Source: the human T2T-CHM13v2.0 reference genome, Homo sapiens
Length of the DNA stretch: 64,000 bases
Direction: 5' to 3' (one strand)
Assembly: GCF_009914755.1 (NCBI RefSeq)
Contig: NC_060927.1
Shown: in pieces, positions 29,540 to 40,440 of the stretch
How positions within the stretch are numbered: the first letter of the stretch is position 1
How the letters are laid out: every line of letters begins with the position of its first letter
Translations under genes and position numbers: made by a program
The notes under the pieces: generated by a model
What the model saw: the letters and a program-made list of their open reading frames with translations, nothing else
The model's database searches: none
Told to the model about the DNA's origin: nothing

Positions 29540-30792
29540 AAAAAAATTTCAGTCTCTTCTTACATGCCTACATTTTCCTGGAAAGATAATGCCCTAGTGC
29601 ACATTTTCTAGTCTAATGCCAAAGGTGGAAACATAACTGTTGGATCTGTCACTCAAAACTCTGATCTGTTCATGATGCAAGCGATCTTTCAGTTTGCCAC
29701 ATAACAGATTTCACTCATGTTACTAATGTAACTGTTTGTTCAAGTTGTGCATCTGGCCCTTTTTATAAAGTCAAACTTTCAGACTCACATGTTCAGATTC
29801 CCTGTTTCACCCTAACAGAGCTGACAATGTGTAGAAAATACTTTGAAAATAGATTTAAAAATTATAAAAATCAGAACTTAAAAACTTGTAAAAATATTTA
29901 TGATACAAATTCTTTAATTGTTGATGGTTTCCAACAATGTAATAACATGATAGTAAGACCTTGAATAAATATTGCTGACACTTCCCTATGAATAACTATT
30001 GGTACATAAGGTACTCTACATGGGATTACCTGTTGTGCCCCAATAGGATACATTTTTATTTATGGGGGATATGGTAATCAATCATATGTATAGGCAACAT
30101 CACACCTCAATAAATGGAAAGGAAAAGGCCAATGCGGTTTAGGATGTTTCTGGATTCAAATTAAGTTAACAAACTTTGAACACTGTTGACGCCTATTACC
30201 TTATGCTTTAATATTAACAGAGATACCCTCCTAGAAGGCATACATCCAGCCAGATGGGTCTCAGTTGCCAGAGCTTTTCTGCCTTGTATCAGTCACTTAG
30301 TAACAATGGTTGGAAACCTATGCTTAACAATTGGAGCTGACTCTAGAGCTAAGGTCATTGTGACCCAACAAATTTCCCCAGATTTTCTTGCTAAAGTAGT
30401 ATTAGCTAACAGAATTGGTCTAGATTACTTACTAGCTAAGCTAGTGTTTGTGCAATAGCTAACTTAATGAAGTAGAAACACAATTACACAAGATAAAAAA
30501 AATGGCTTCAACAATTTTCACCAGATACTTCTGGACTTTTTGATCTATTTAGTTGGTTACTTTCAAAGTTAGATAATGGTTTAGAACTATTATTCAAACC
30601 AGATTTATTATACTGTTGCTGATTTTTTTTGTATTATGATTTTTAAAGCTTTGTCCTTATTGTCTGTCTAATCTTTGTAAAGCCAACTCTTCTAACAGGA
30701 TAATGTTAGCTCAATATCTGAAGATGATTGCTGATGCCTATGGGACTGATAAGATAGAGCTTGATACCAGACTCCAAAAAGACCTTTCCTGA
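29540..30792 (+). pseudogene. ERV env remnant (gamma-type)
   Basis: WKDNALVHI...NCWICH (CWIC at 29638); immunosuppressive-domain-like LANRIGLDYLLA at 30402-30437; hydrophobic TM stretch near 30600; CX6CC partly deleted. Confidence 0.88.
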
Positions 30793-30989
30793 GGACATAT
30801 TTCAGTCTGGCTTTTTTGTTACTCAACGTGGCCTGTGTCTCTGACATAGATCCCTATTCTTTTTCACTGGTGTGGGACAGAGAAAACTGGGACAGGTCCA
30901 TCTAGGCATGGAGGGACAGTTAAGCTTAATTGCAAAATAATTGATTAGTGATATCTGCAAAGAAATATCTTGAACAAAAGGGAGAAATG

Positions 30990-31289
30990 GGCCAAATACA
31001 GTGGCCCACACCTGTAATCCCAGAATTTTGGGAGGTTGAGGCAGGAAGATCTCTTGAGGTTAGGAGTCTGAGATCTGCCTGGGAACACAGTAAGACCCTG
31101 TCTCTATAAAAAATAAAAATAAAAAATTAGTCTGGCATGGAGGCATGTACCTGTAGTCCTAGGTATTCAAGAGGCTGAGGCAGGAGGACCACTTGAGCTC
31201 AGGAGGTCAAGGCTGCAGTGAGCTGTGATGGTATCACTGCACTTCAGCCTGGGTGAAAGAGCCAGACACTGTCTGAAAAAAAAAAAAAA
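30990..31289 (+). mobile_element. Alu (AluJ-like) at the PPT/3' LTR junction
   Basis: Flanked by aaaagggagaaatg and aaaaggggaagagaaatg. Confidence 0.95.
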
Positions 31290-31301
31290 GGGGAAGAGAA
31301 A

Positions 31302-31732
31302 TGTGAAAGTTTGACCCCAATCGGAAGGAACAGGAGAAATAGCACTCAGGTACATAACATTGCTCTAGAAATATAATTCTCCTCAAGTGCTATGCAAGTC
31401 TGGCTGCTGAAACTACCTGTTGTAACCTTAGACCAGTTTGATCTAATAGCTGCTGAGATAACTTGCTGCAACTCTAGAACTAGTTTTGCCCGCTGCCATC
31501 ACCCACCCAGCAGATCTTGCCAGCTCCCCAAAACTTTAATAATGCAAAAGAACCTTCTCTTAGCACCACACATAACATTCTTCTTTTGTATAAACTCCCC
31601 AACCTTCTCTTTGTACTTCAGACATACTGAAGACCACCTGGTCTGCCTGTATGTCCAAATTGCAACTATTTCTTCCCAAATAAAATGTAAAATTTAGAGA
31701 GTCATCTCTACATTTTTATTTTGACTCCAACA
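31302..31732 (+). mobile_element. ERV 3' LTR (MER87-like)
   Basis: tgtgaaagtt...gactccaaca; homologous to the 5' LTR, shorter near its 5' end. Confidence 0.9.
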
Positions 31733-31870
31733 ATATCATTATAGATCTGCCAATTCTGAGGTCTGATGTAGCTGAGGAACTTTCATGTTTATGACAAAAA
31801 ATTCTCCCCTCTTTTGAAATCAGGTTTGAATTAAATTTTCTATTATTTATCACATAAACAGCCTTAATGT
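31733..31870 (+). mobile_element. Ancient MLT1 LTR, 3' part
   Basis: gaactttcatgtttatga...caggtttgaatt..ttttct resembles the MLT1K/L 3' end. Confidence 0.45.
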
Positions 31871-32403
31871 TTTTTCTATTATCCTGATATGTAATTTTTT
31901 ACTTTTTTAATATCCAGAGGTCCTCAAAATCTTGAAGGGAAGAGGCCTCTCAGTTTTTGAGTGCCCTGATTCAATCTAATGATTGCCACCCACTGCAGCT
32001 CGATCCCATCCAAGTTTCCTGGTGAGTCAGAGGTCTGAGCTCAGTAGGGTTGTCCCCAGTTCTTAGGAATGGTTTAATGGGCTTAAGAGGTTGTGATATT
32101 GAGGATCCAATATCTTGGGTCAGACCAGTCCTCTGCTTTACATTCTTAATTTCATCACAAAAATCAGGGTGAAACTCAAAAAGATCTAGGGAATGACTGT
32201 TCTAGGGAAATGTGTTGGGTCCCAATGGCTTTAGCTGTAGAGTCAACTGTAGAGCCAATCATTAAGGATAGGTTTCTAACTACTGTTTCTAAGTGATTGG
32301 CTGAATAATATATGACCCAGACATAAAAATATGCTAGGTAAAATCTATTGCACGTTTTGTTTCTTTTGGGAAGTTCATCCTAAGTACTGAAGTTAACTTC
32401 AAT

Positions 32404-32695
32404 CAATGATTCACACATGGCCAACTGTGCCCTAGGGGGGACACTTGGCAGTATCTGGAGGAAGCTCCTTTTTGGTTGTCACAAGTAGGGGAAGATGCTT
32501 CCGGCATTTAGTGGGTAGAGGCCGAGATGCTACTAAGTAACCTATTAGGTTGGTGCAAAAGTTATTGGGGTTTTTACCGTTACATTCAATGGCAAAAACC
32601 ACAATTACTGTTGCACCAACATAATACAATACACAGGATAACCCATAACAATGAATTTTCTAGCCCTACATGTTAATAATACCAAGCTTAAATAA
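32404..32695. mobile_element. MER20 (hAT-Charlie) interrupted by MADE1
   Basis: ctagggggacacttggcagtatctgga...ttggttgtcacaa...ggcatttagtgggtagaggcc. Confidence 0.85.
32545..32624. mobile_element. MADE1 (Hsmar1 MITE), 80-bp palindrome
   Basis: TA|ttaggttggtgcaaaag...ttgcaccaacataa|TA. Confidence 0.95.
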
Positions 32696-33150
32696 GGTAG
32701 TAAAACACTGGTGGTCTAGCTGCAATCATGTGTTACACTCTGTCTCAGTCTTCTATTTTCTCTCTCATGTGTGCTGGGTAAGCTGGGTGTTTACAATTAT
32801 TCTAGCTAAGGTTTTCATTTTTCTGTGTTATTGGGAGAAACAGATAAGATTGAAAATTGGCATAATAATTTTTCTGTGGTGCAGTTAGGTAATTTAAAAG
32901 GACTATTACCTAAGTAAGTGGGAGCAGGTTTTATTTAGCTGCTCCCCCACTACTTTTAAAGTTTCTAAGTACTGTAATTAATGTTTACAAGGCGCTGTTC
33001 AGTTATTTTTTATTATTATTATGTTTTAAAGATTCAACACTGTGTAAGATTTTTCCTGCTTTGCAGGAGCTCACAATCTAGTAGTGGAAATTGGAAAAAC
33101 ATTCAAATTACTTTAGTACAAGGGAGTACCTCTCATGTATAATAAGTTAC

Positions 33151-33670
33151 TGTTGGGGCCCAGAAAAATAACCCCAAATGTGCTGCTTTGTACTTCAAAC
33201 TGAGAGCGTCTGGGCAGCATCACATGTAGGAAAGGGCTCTCTCTGTGAAGTTGCTCTATCTACGTCAAAGGCTGGGTCCTCCAGAAGTTCAATTGTGAAT
33301 CCCTTTCCCAGAGAGCTCATCGACCAGGAGGGAAGATGACATATATCACAGGAAGAAAAAGCAGAGTTGACGCCACACCAGAGCCCACATAGACTTTGTC
33401 CCATGCTGTGGTTGGTTCTTTGGGCCCATTCATCTCCCCTAAAAATCATTTATTCTTCCTCTACAATCGCCTATATTTCCCACTTCTCTTTCCCCTATGA
33501 AGAAGGCATATAAGCTTCGAAGTCTCATTGTGTTATTGGGTCCTTACTCTCCTGAGTTGCTCCCATGCATGTAATGTATTGATATGCCTTTTCTCCTGTT
33601 AATCTAACTGCTGTCAGTTTATTTCTCAAATATTGAACCTCTATAGAGGAGAGAATTCTCTTGCCCTAAT
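33151..33670 (+). mobile_element. ERV1 solo LTR (MER31/MER34-like)
   Basis: tgttggggcccagaaaa.taaccccaaa start; cccctatgaagaaggcatataagctt; tatgccttttctcctgttaatct. Confidence 0.8.
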
Positions 33671-36547
33671 GTCACCTACTCCTGGGGTGAATGAACACTG
33701 CTGGACAAATATGGCCAATCTCGAGGGCCACTCCCAGCTTGCCATTTTCCTCTGGTGGCATCTCTAGGACCACAGACTTCTTCAGTGCTTTTAGAAGCTT
33801 ACAGTCACCTGCCTGTGGTGAGGCTGCCAGCTTTAATCATTCACCTTCCCCTGTGCAAAGACAGCGAGGAGAAAAACGCTGCTCAGCAAGGCTGAGAGGG
33901 CATGAAATTGTGTTAAGCAACATTCATGACAATGACTGGATTTGCTATTTTAAAGTAAGTGACTAAATGTTTTTTTTTTTTTTTGAAATTGTAATTTTCC
34001 TGTGCTGTTAAGTGTAAAGGTGACTGCTCTGTGGTGGGCGAGAGCAGTTTGTACTCGACAGCTAATCAGGTTGATTCATTTGGTGAGGTGGGCAGTAAGC
34101 TCAGTTATAAAGCAGAATTGAGTTCTTACCTCACTGAGATATAACACCACACATTTTTTTTCTTTCTGCTTTTTGAAGGAAAGAAATAGTCACGCAGACT
34201 TTTCAGGAGGACGCTGTGAAGACACAACGAGGTTTTATATGTGTAGCAGGAGACATAATCATCCGTGGAACAAAACTGGCTCCCTTATTGAGTTTGCTAG
34301 CAGCCTTTCAATAAATGATTTAGGCAGCTATCACTAACGGGAGCTGGAGGTTTTGGTAGGGACCATCTTGGGCTTATTTTAGCTCAATCTCAGGGCTTGT
34401 GAAGTGCAAAATGCACATTTACCTGCTGCTAATTGCATCAGAGCTGACCAGAGGCAAGTTAGCAATGGCTCAGTATTACCAAATTTCCCCACAGGATGGC
34501 ATCCATCAGTTAAAAACAAAATTTATAGTATTAGCAGAACTCATAAAAATAGAGATGGATTAAATTTTCTATTAGGCTTTACAATGTTTAGGGCTTATTT
34601 TGATACACACTCTAACTTGATCATAGTGAGCGAGGGCGGTGTGAGTGCTTGCCAGGAGCTGGCACAGACGCAGAGATGGAATCTGTGGTATGTGCAAAGG
34701 GAGAAAAGGACTCATGCTAAGAATGAAGTTGCTACAAATAAAGCTTAGCATCTAAGATCCCCTGATCACCAGAGGGACATTTATGGAATTAATTTTTTCC
34801 TCCATCAGAAGATTAGCAAGTATCAAGAGATCAAATCAGAACAAGCAGAGCCTCATGCCAAATTAAGGAAAAGCACAAGATGATTTGGGGTTTTGGTATG
34901 ATGAAAACAGTGTTCTAATATTTCTAATATTTTATAGCTGGAGAATAGTAACAAATATAGTATTTTAGCTACATGAACATAGAAATCACATAGGCCAATC
35001 CTGAATATTGCAAAAAAAGTTCCAAAAAGAATGAGTAATTTTTCCAAGCCAGGACCAGAACAAAAGCAGTAGTTGCTCCATTATTCCTACTTAGGGAGGA
35101 TTTAGCCAGTGGGCAGGTGAATGAAGAAGCTTTGTTTGTGTGCCCAGCAAAAATATTTTCAAAATTACCTTTATGTTACAGACCCATATAAATAGCAAAG
35201 TTTTCTTAAGATAATTCATTACTCTGAAAGAAAGAGAAATACTAATTGTTCATATTAAAGGATGTTGTTATTATTAAAAACACTTTGGGCAGCTTAACAG
35301 GGTGGTAGAAATTGGGTAGAGGCACTAATACTCCCTCAGGCTGCCCTGGGAATTGCCACAGGATCTCAGTCTTCTGACCCTTCCTGAGATCTCGCTCCAC
35401 TGTGGGATGTTTCCCTGCAGCACTTCATGTCCCATACAGGGAAGAACTGCTGTATTCTCTGGAGATTATCGCCCTTTGTCCACCTTTTGAGACTCTTTCT
35501 GTGAGCCTGCTGTCCTTCTGTCCATCATATCTTGCAGGCCTTTTAATGGCTAAGCCTGTCAAGCACATTTCCACATTACCTTGGAAAGGACACTTAAGTA
35601 CTCTTGGGGGAATTAGTCCCTCACTAGGGAAAGTAAAATCACAGTTCATTTTTTTCCACTACCAACTGCCAATTCTTTTCAGTTACAGTGTCTGGGAGTT
35701 TCACTATTGCATGTGGGCAAATGCGCTTTACTTTGTCTTCATGTACATTAGAGGTGTCTACTATAAAGCTTCTAGAAGGCGAGGATGCTGTTTTCTGCAG
35801 CTAACGTAGGTCGTGCAAATGTAGGCAATTTATTTTTAAAAATGCAAAACAAACAAACAGAAAGAAACTCTTAATTACAACATCTTGGCATCTGAAGAAT
35901 CCTTAGGCACTAGTCCCAGTTGCAGATACAGCAGACTGCATCTGGCTTATTAAGTAAGACACTTCTGGGGGACTTGCTTAAAATAGTGATAACTATAACC
36001 CATCCATGGGAATGTTAATTTACACTGGGCCTGAGAATCCGCATTTTATCCTGTCCCTCCTTGAACTCGGTAATTTTGAAAGGTGTAGGTCAACTGAATC
36101 TTAAACCAATCCAGGAATCCTCTGTGCATTTGCAACCACATTGACTGTGACAACATTTAAATTTACCTATCCTACTTCTTGATTGGAAACTGTAATAATC
36201 TTTCTATACATGCATGTCTGTCTTATTTGTGCGTTTCAGTACTGGCCAAAGGAATCCGTGAACATAGTGTGTTTTAAATCACTCTGGAGTCCAGTGTTAA
36301 AGAATGTTGAAAAATATTGTGTATTGCAAAAGCAGAGAAACCCCCAATCTTTTCAGCTGCCAACATTTGTGTATTTTTAAAAGAGCATTTGTTTTGAAAG
36401 TGGCATATGTCACACCCAACCGGACCCTGAACATCTCTTAGGTGTGATTATTGACAAAGAGTAAAATCTCCTCAGGCCATGGCGGCAATGCCTTCATCTT
36501 CCAGAGTCCGGGAGTTCTTTGATGATATTCTGTTTGACAAAGAAGCT

Positions 36548-36581
36548 GGGGCGGGGTGGCGGGGGGGCGGGGGGGAGGTGG
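36548..36581 (+). promoter_or_regulatory. G-quadruplex-capable tract / overlapping GC boxes
   Basis: GGGGCGGGGTGGCGGGGGGGCGGGGGGGAGG: four G-runs of 4 or more with short loops; GGGCGG twice. Confidence 0.6.
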
Positions 36582-38102
36582 AAAAAAGTCCCAGTCTTTT
36601 TTCTTTTGCTTTTTTCTTTGATATGATCAGTATGTAAAACCCTAGGCTTGAAAAGGACTTTGACATCTTTGTTAGTAAACAAACAGAGTGGTTATAATTC
36701 TTTTGACAAGGGGGTAGGGAGGACTGTGCTCTGGCAGGCTTTCTCCTTTTCTTCTGCTTCTCGTCCTCTAACTTGACAAGCGGATTGCAGAGGCCACTGA
36801 AAACACTCGTGTCTCTTTCAGGTTGAGAGCATTTGTTAGGCATCTGTGAGGGTTGCTTTCTTGCTGTTGGGTGTCAAGTCGTCATGCAATGTGAAAAGAG
36901 GGAGTCTTGGACTGCTCAGCCATTGCTTTAGCGCGAAAGGAGCACTGACGAGCTAGCCAGTGGTCCAATTAAAAACTGAAGAAAGCATTCACCGTGGGGG
37001 ACACCAGCTTACTTTACCGACTGTGGTGTTATTAGTGAGACTGACAGGGGCAGCCGGGAGGGGTTGCAGTGGCTGAGAGGAAATGGAGACAGAGTTCATG
37101 TTTCCTCAAGAGGCAACAAATTACTCTTTTTCTCACTGTTGCTGGCAGGTTGTTGATCTTGAAAATGAGAAACCTCATCACAGCCTATTTTCCAGACTAT
37201 GTTAATATTTAAAATTATTTTGAGAGAAATTCACCAAATGAAACATGTCATAATATTTACAGTCATGCAAATTTCACAACATACCTCCAGCCTATGCATT
37301 TTAATTGTTCTATTCAGGGTTTACTGCTCAAAACCCCCAGGTCTTTGAACTTCTGCAACTGTTGCCTTTGGTTATTTCTTGGTGTTCTCAGGAAGTTCGT
37401 TACACATGCTCACTAACAGACTCTATCACAGCTGAACACCACGGTGCCCACCTTTTCTGCAGAGCCTTTGCCTCCTTAGTGGGACATCAGTGTCAGCCTC
37501 CTGTTCTGTCACTGCTTCCAGGCATTGGCCTTGACTTACTCATTGGTCTGTCCTATCCAAAGTCGGGAGAATGTCTTTTTCTCCTTATTTTGAACCAAAC
37601 TTCTTTGGTGCTGGGGACACGGTCAGCAAGTTGACCCATGTTTCACAAAGCCCCTGTTGAAACCAGATTTGTCATCGTTTCCCTTGGGAAAGAGCCTCCT
37701 GCTTCTTCCAAGACCCCTCTTGGCTTTGCCCAGTGGGGTTTTGGTCCACAGCAGTTGAGACTTGACAGAAAAAAAATAAGAAATTCCAGGCCATGAAAAC
37801 CCAAATGAAAGGAGAACCAGAATCTTCTAGTACAGGCAGAACTCATTATTATTAGTTGTCAATGTTACAAAGACATTATTAATAGTTTTCTTTGTAACAT
37901 TTGAGGTTTCAGGATAGTAGAAGAAAACTGTAAATTTTGTCCTCTCAACCTAGGTCTATTAGCCACTGCCTTGTAGTTTTTGGCCTCCTGACAATTCAGA
38001 CTTGAGGGAAGAGACCAGTGCTGACAAAGATACATTTCCTTAGTTCACAGGAAATAGATCCAAGACTGCTTAAAGAAAGTGGACAATTGGTAGCTTCCAT
38101 GA

Positions 38103-38949
<847 letters not shown>

Positions 38950-39350
38950 TAATATTTCTGTGGATTTTTTTTTTTTTTTACAGCAAACAATTCTCAAATT
39001 TTGTTGCTTTATTTTATAAGTGTAGACCTGGTGCAATTCTTATCTCCCAAAGCCCAGAGGATAATTTTGCCTAGACCTCATCTTGCAATTTACTGTGTTA
39101 CAGAGTATGGAGATTATAGAGATAGGTTCAAAAATAAATAAGAGTATAAACAATGAGCAAAAGAGAGGGATATGAGGAAAAGTATTACATATAAAAGTAA
39201 AAGGTATGGAATTTTCATGTCTTACCTGGGCAGAAAAAGGAGGGGAGGAGAGTGCTCTCTTAATTTTGAGAAGGACTGCTTTGGAGAGCCTTTTGAATTG
39301 TACAGATATGAGGCCACTGAGATGTTTAATATTAGAATAATGTAAGAAAA

Positions 39351-40145
39351 TGTGGTGTTATATATACTGATTTTCATGCACAGTTCCTGGTTCATAACTC
39401 TCATAACCCTTGTTACAGTCTTTTGTTATAAAGTTGGGTGTGTTAGGTTTCAGGGGAAGGCCTCAGGAAATAGAATTTCTCTGACCTTCTCCTATCCTCC
39501 TTTCACCTGCCTCAAGGCAGGAATCAAATCTTCCCCACCTTTCTGATTGAAGGTTTTAAGACCCAGAGAGGGTCCTGCCCTATACCCTGGTGGAAGGAAT
39601 GCTGATGTCATGAAGCTTCCATAAAAACCAGTGACGACTGGGTTCAGGAAGCTTCCAGATAGCTGACCACAAGGAGGTTCCTGGAAGGTGGTGTGCCCAG
39701 GGAGGGTATGGAAGTTCTGCCCCCCTCCCTCCATACCTTGCCCTACACATCTCTTCATCTGTAGCCTTTGCAATATCTTTTATAATAAACCAATAGATGT
39801 GTTTCCCTGAGTTATGTGAGCCATTTCAGCAAATCAAACCCCAAAGATGGGGTTATGAGAACTCCAACTTGAAACTGGTTAGTCAGAAGTTCTGGAGGCC
39901 TGGACTTGTGACTGGTGTGTGTGTAGGCAGGTGGCCATGGGGACTAATACCTCAACCTGTGGTATCTGGCCTATCTCCCGGTAGACAGTGATGGACTTAA
40001 ATTGGAGGCCACCCAGCTGGTGTCCATTGCTTAGTGTGTGGGGAAAACCTCCCACACATTTGGTCACAGAAGTCTTCTTCTGTGTTGATTGTAGTTGTCG
40101 TGGTGTGAACACATAGAAAAAATGGTTTGAGAGTTTTCTGAAACA
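39351..40145 (+). mobile_element. MER21(A-like) solo LTR
   Basis: gttcctggttcataactc.cata.cccttgttacagtc; cccagggagggtatggaag; cccacacatttggtcacagaag. Confidence 0.88.
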
Positions 40146-40304
40146 AAATATAAAGTTTTTTTTTTCATTCTATCATTGAAGGTATCATTGTAGAAATTTT
40201 AAAAAGTCATATTGACTGTCCATATATGGAGGAAGGGGCCTAGGACTTGGGGGAGAAGAGAAGAAAAAAATCTTATATTTCATGTGTTTGCTTATGAATT
40301 CTTT

Positions 40305-40440
40305 CAAATGTTCATTCATCCATTCGACAGGTATTTATAATGCCTCTCCTGTATGCCAGGCACTGTGTTAGGTTCTGAGGTTATAATAAGTTTCAATCCC
40401 CCAGATATGATCCACGCCTTCTTAGACCCTTTAGTTTTAC
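40305..40440 (-). mobile_element. L2 3' end
   Basis: ttcattcatccattc...tatgccaggcactgtgttaggt. Confidence 0.7.

Noticed and set aside
33742-34780. Weaker CTCF-like matches (GCCACCAGAGGAAA on minus near 33750; TCACCAGAGGGACA near 34766)
   Set aside because: Mismatch the conserved GGC end of the core; not supportable without ChIP data.
36472-36843. 123-aa minus-strand ORF over the GC-rich patch
   Set aside because: Low-complexity K and P runs come from T- and G-tracts; no homology or splice support.
36451-36877. TTGACA as bacterial -35 promoter boxes
   Set aside because: The DNA is primate genomic (Alu, L1) and there is no consistent -10 pairing; kept only as a eukaryotic TF-motif cluster.
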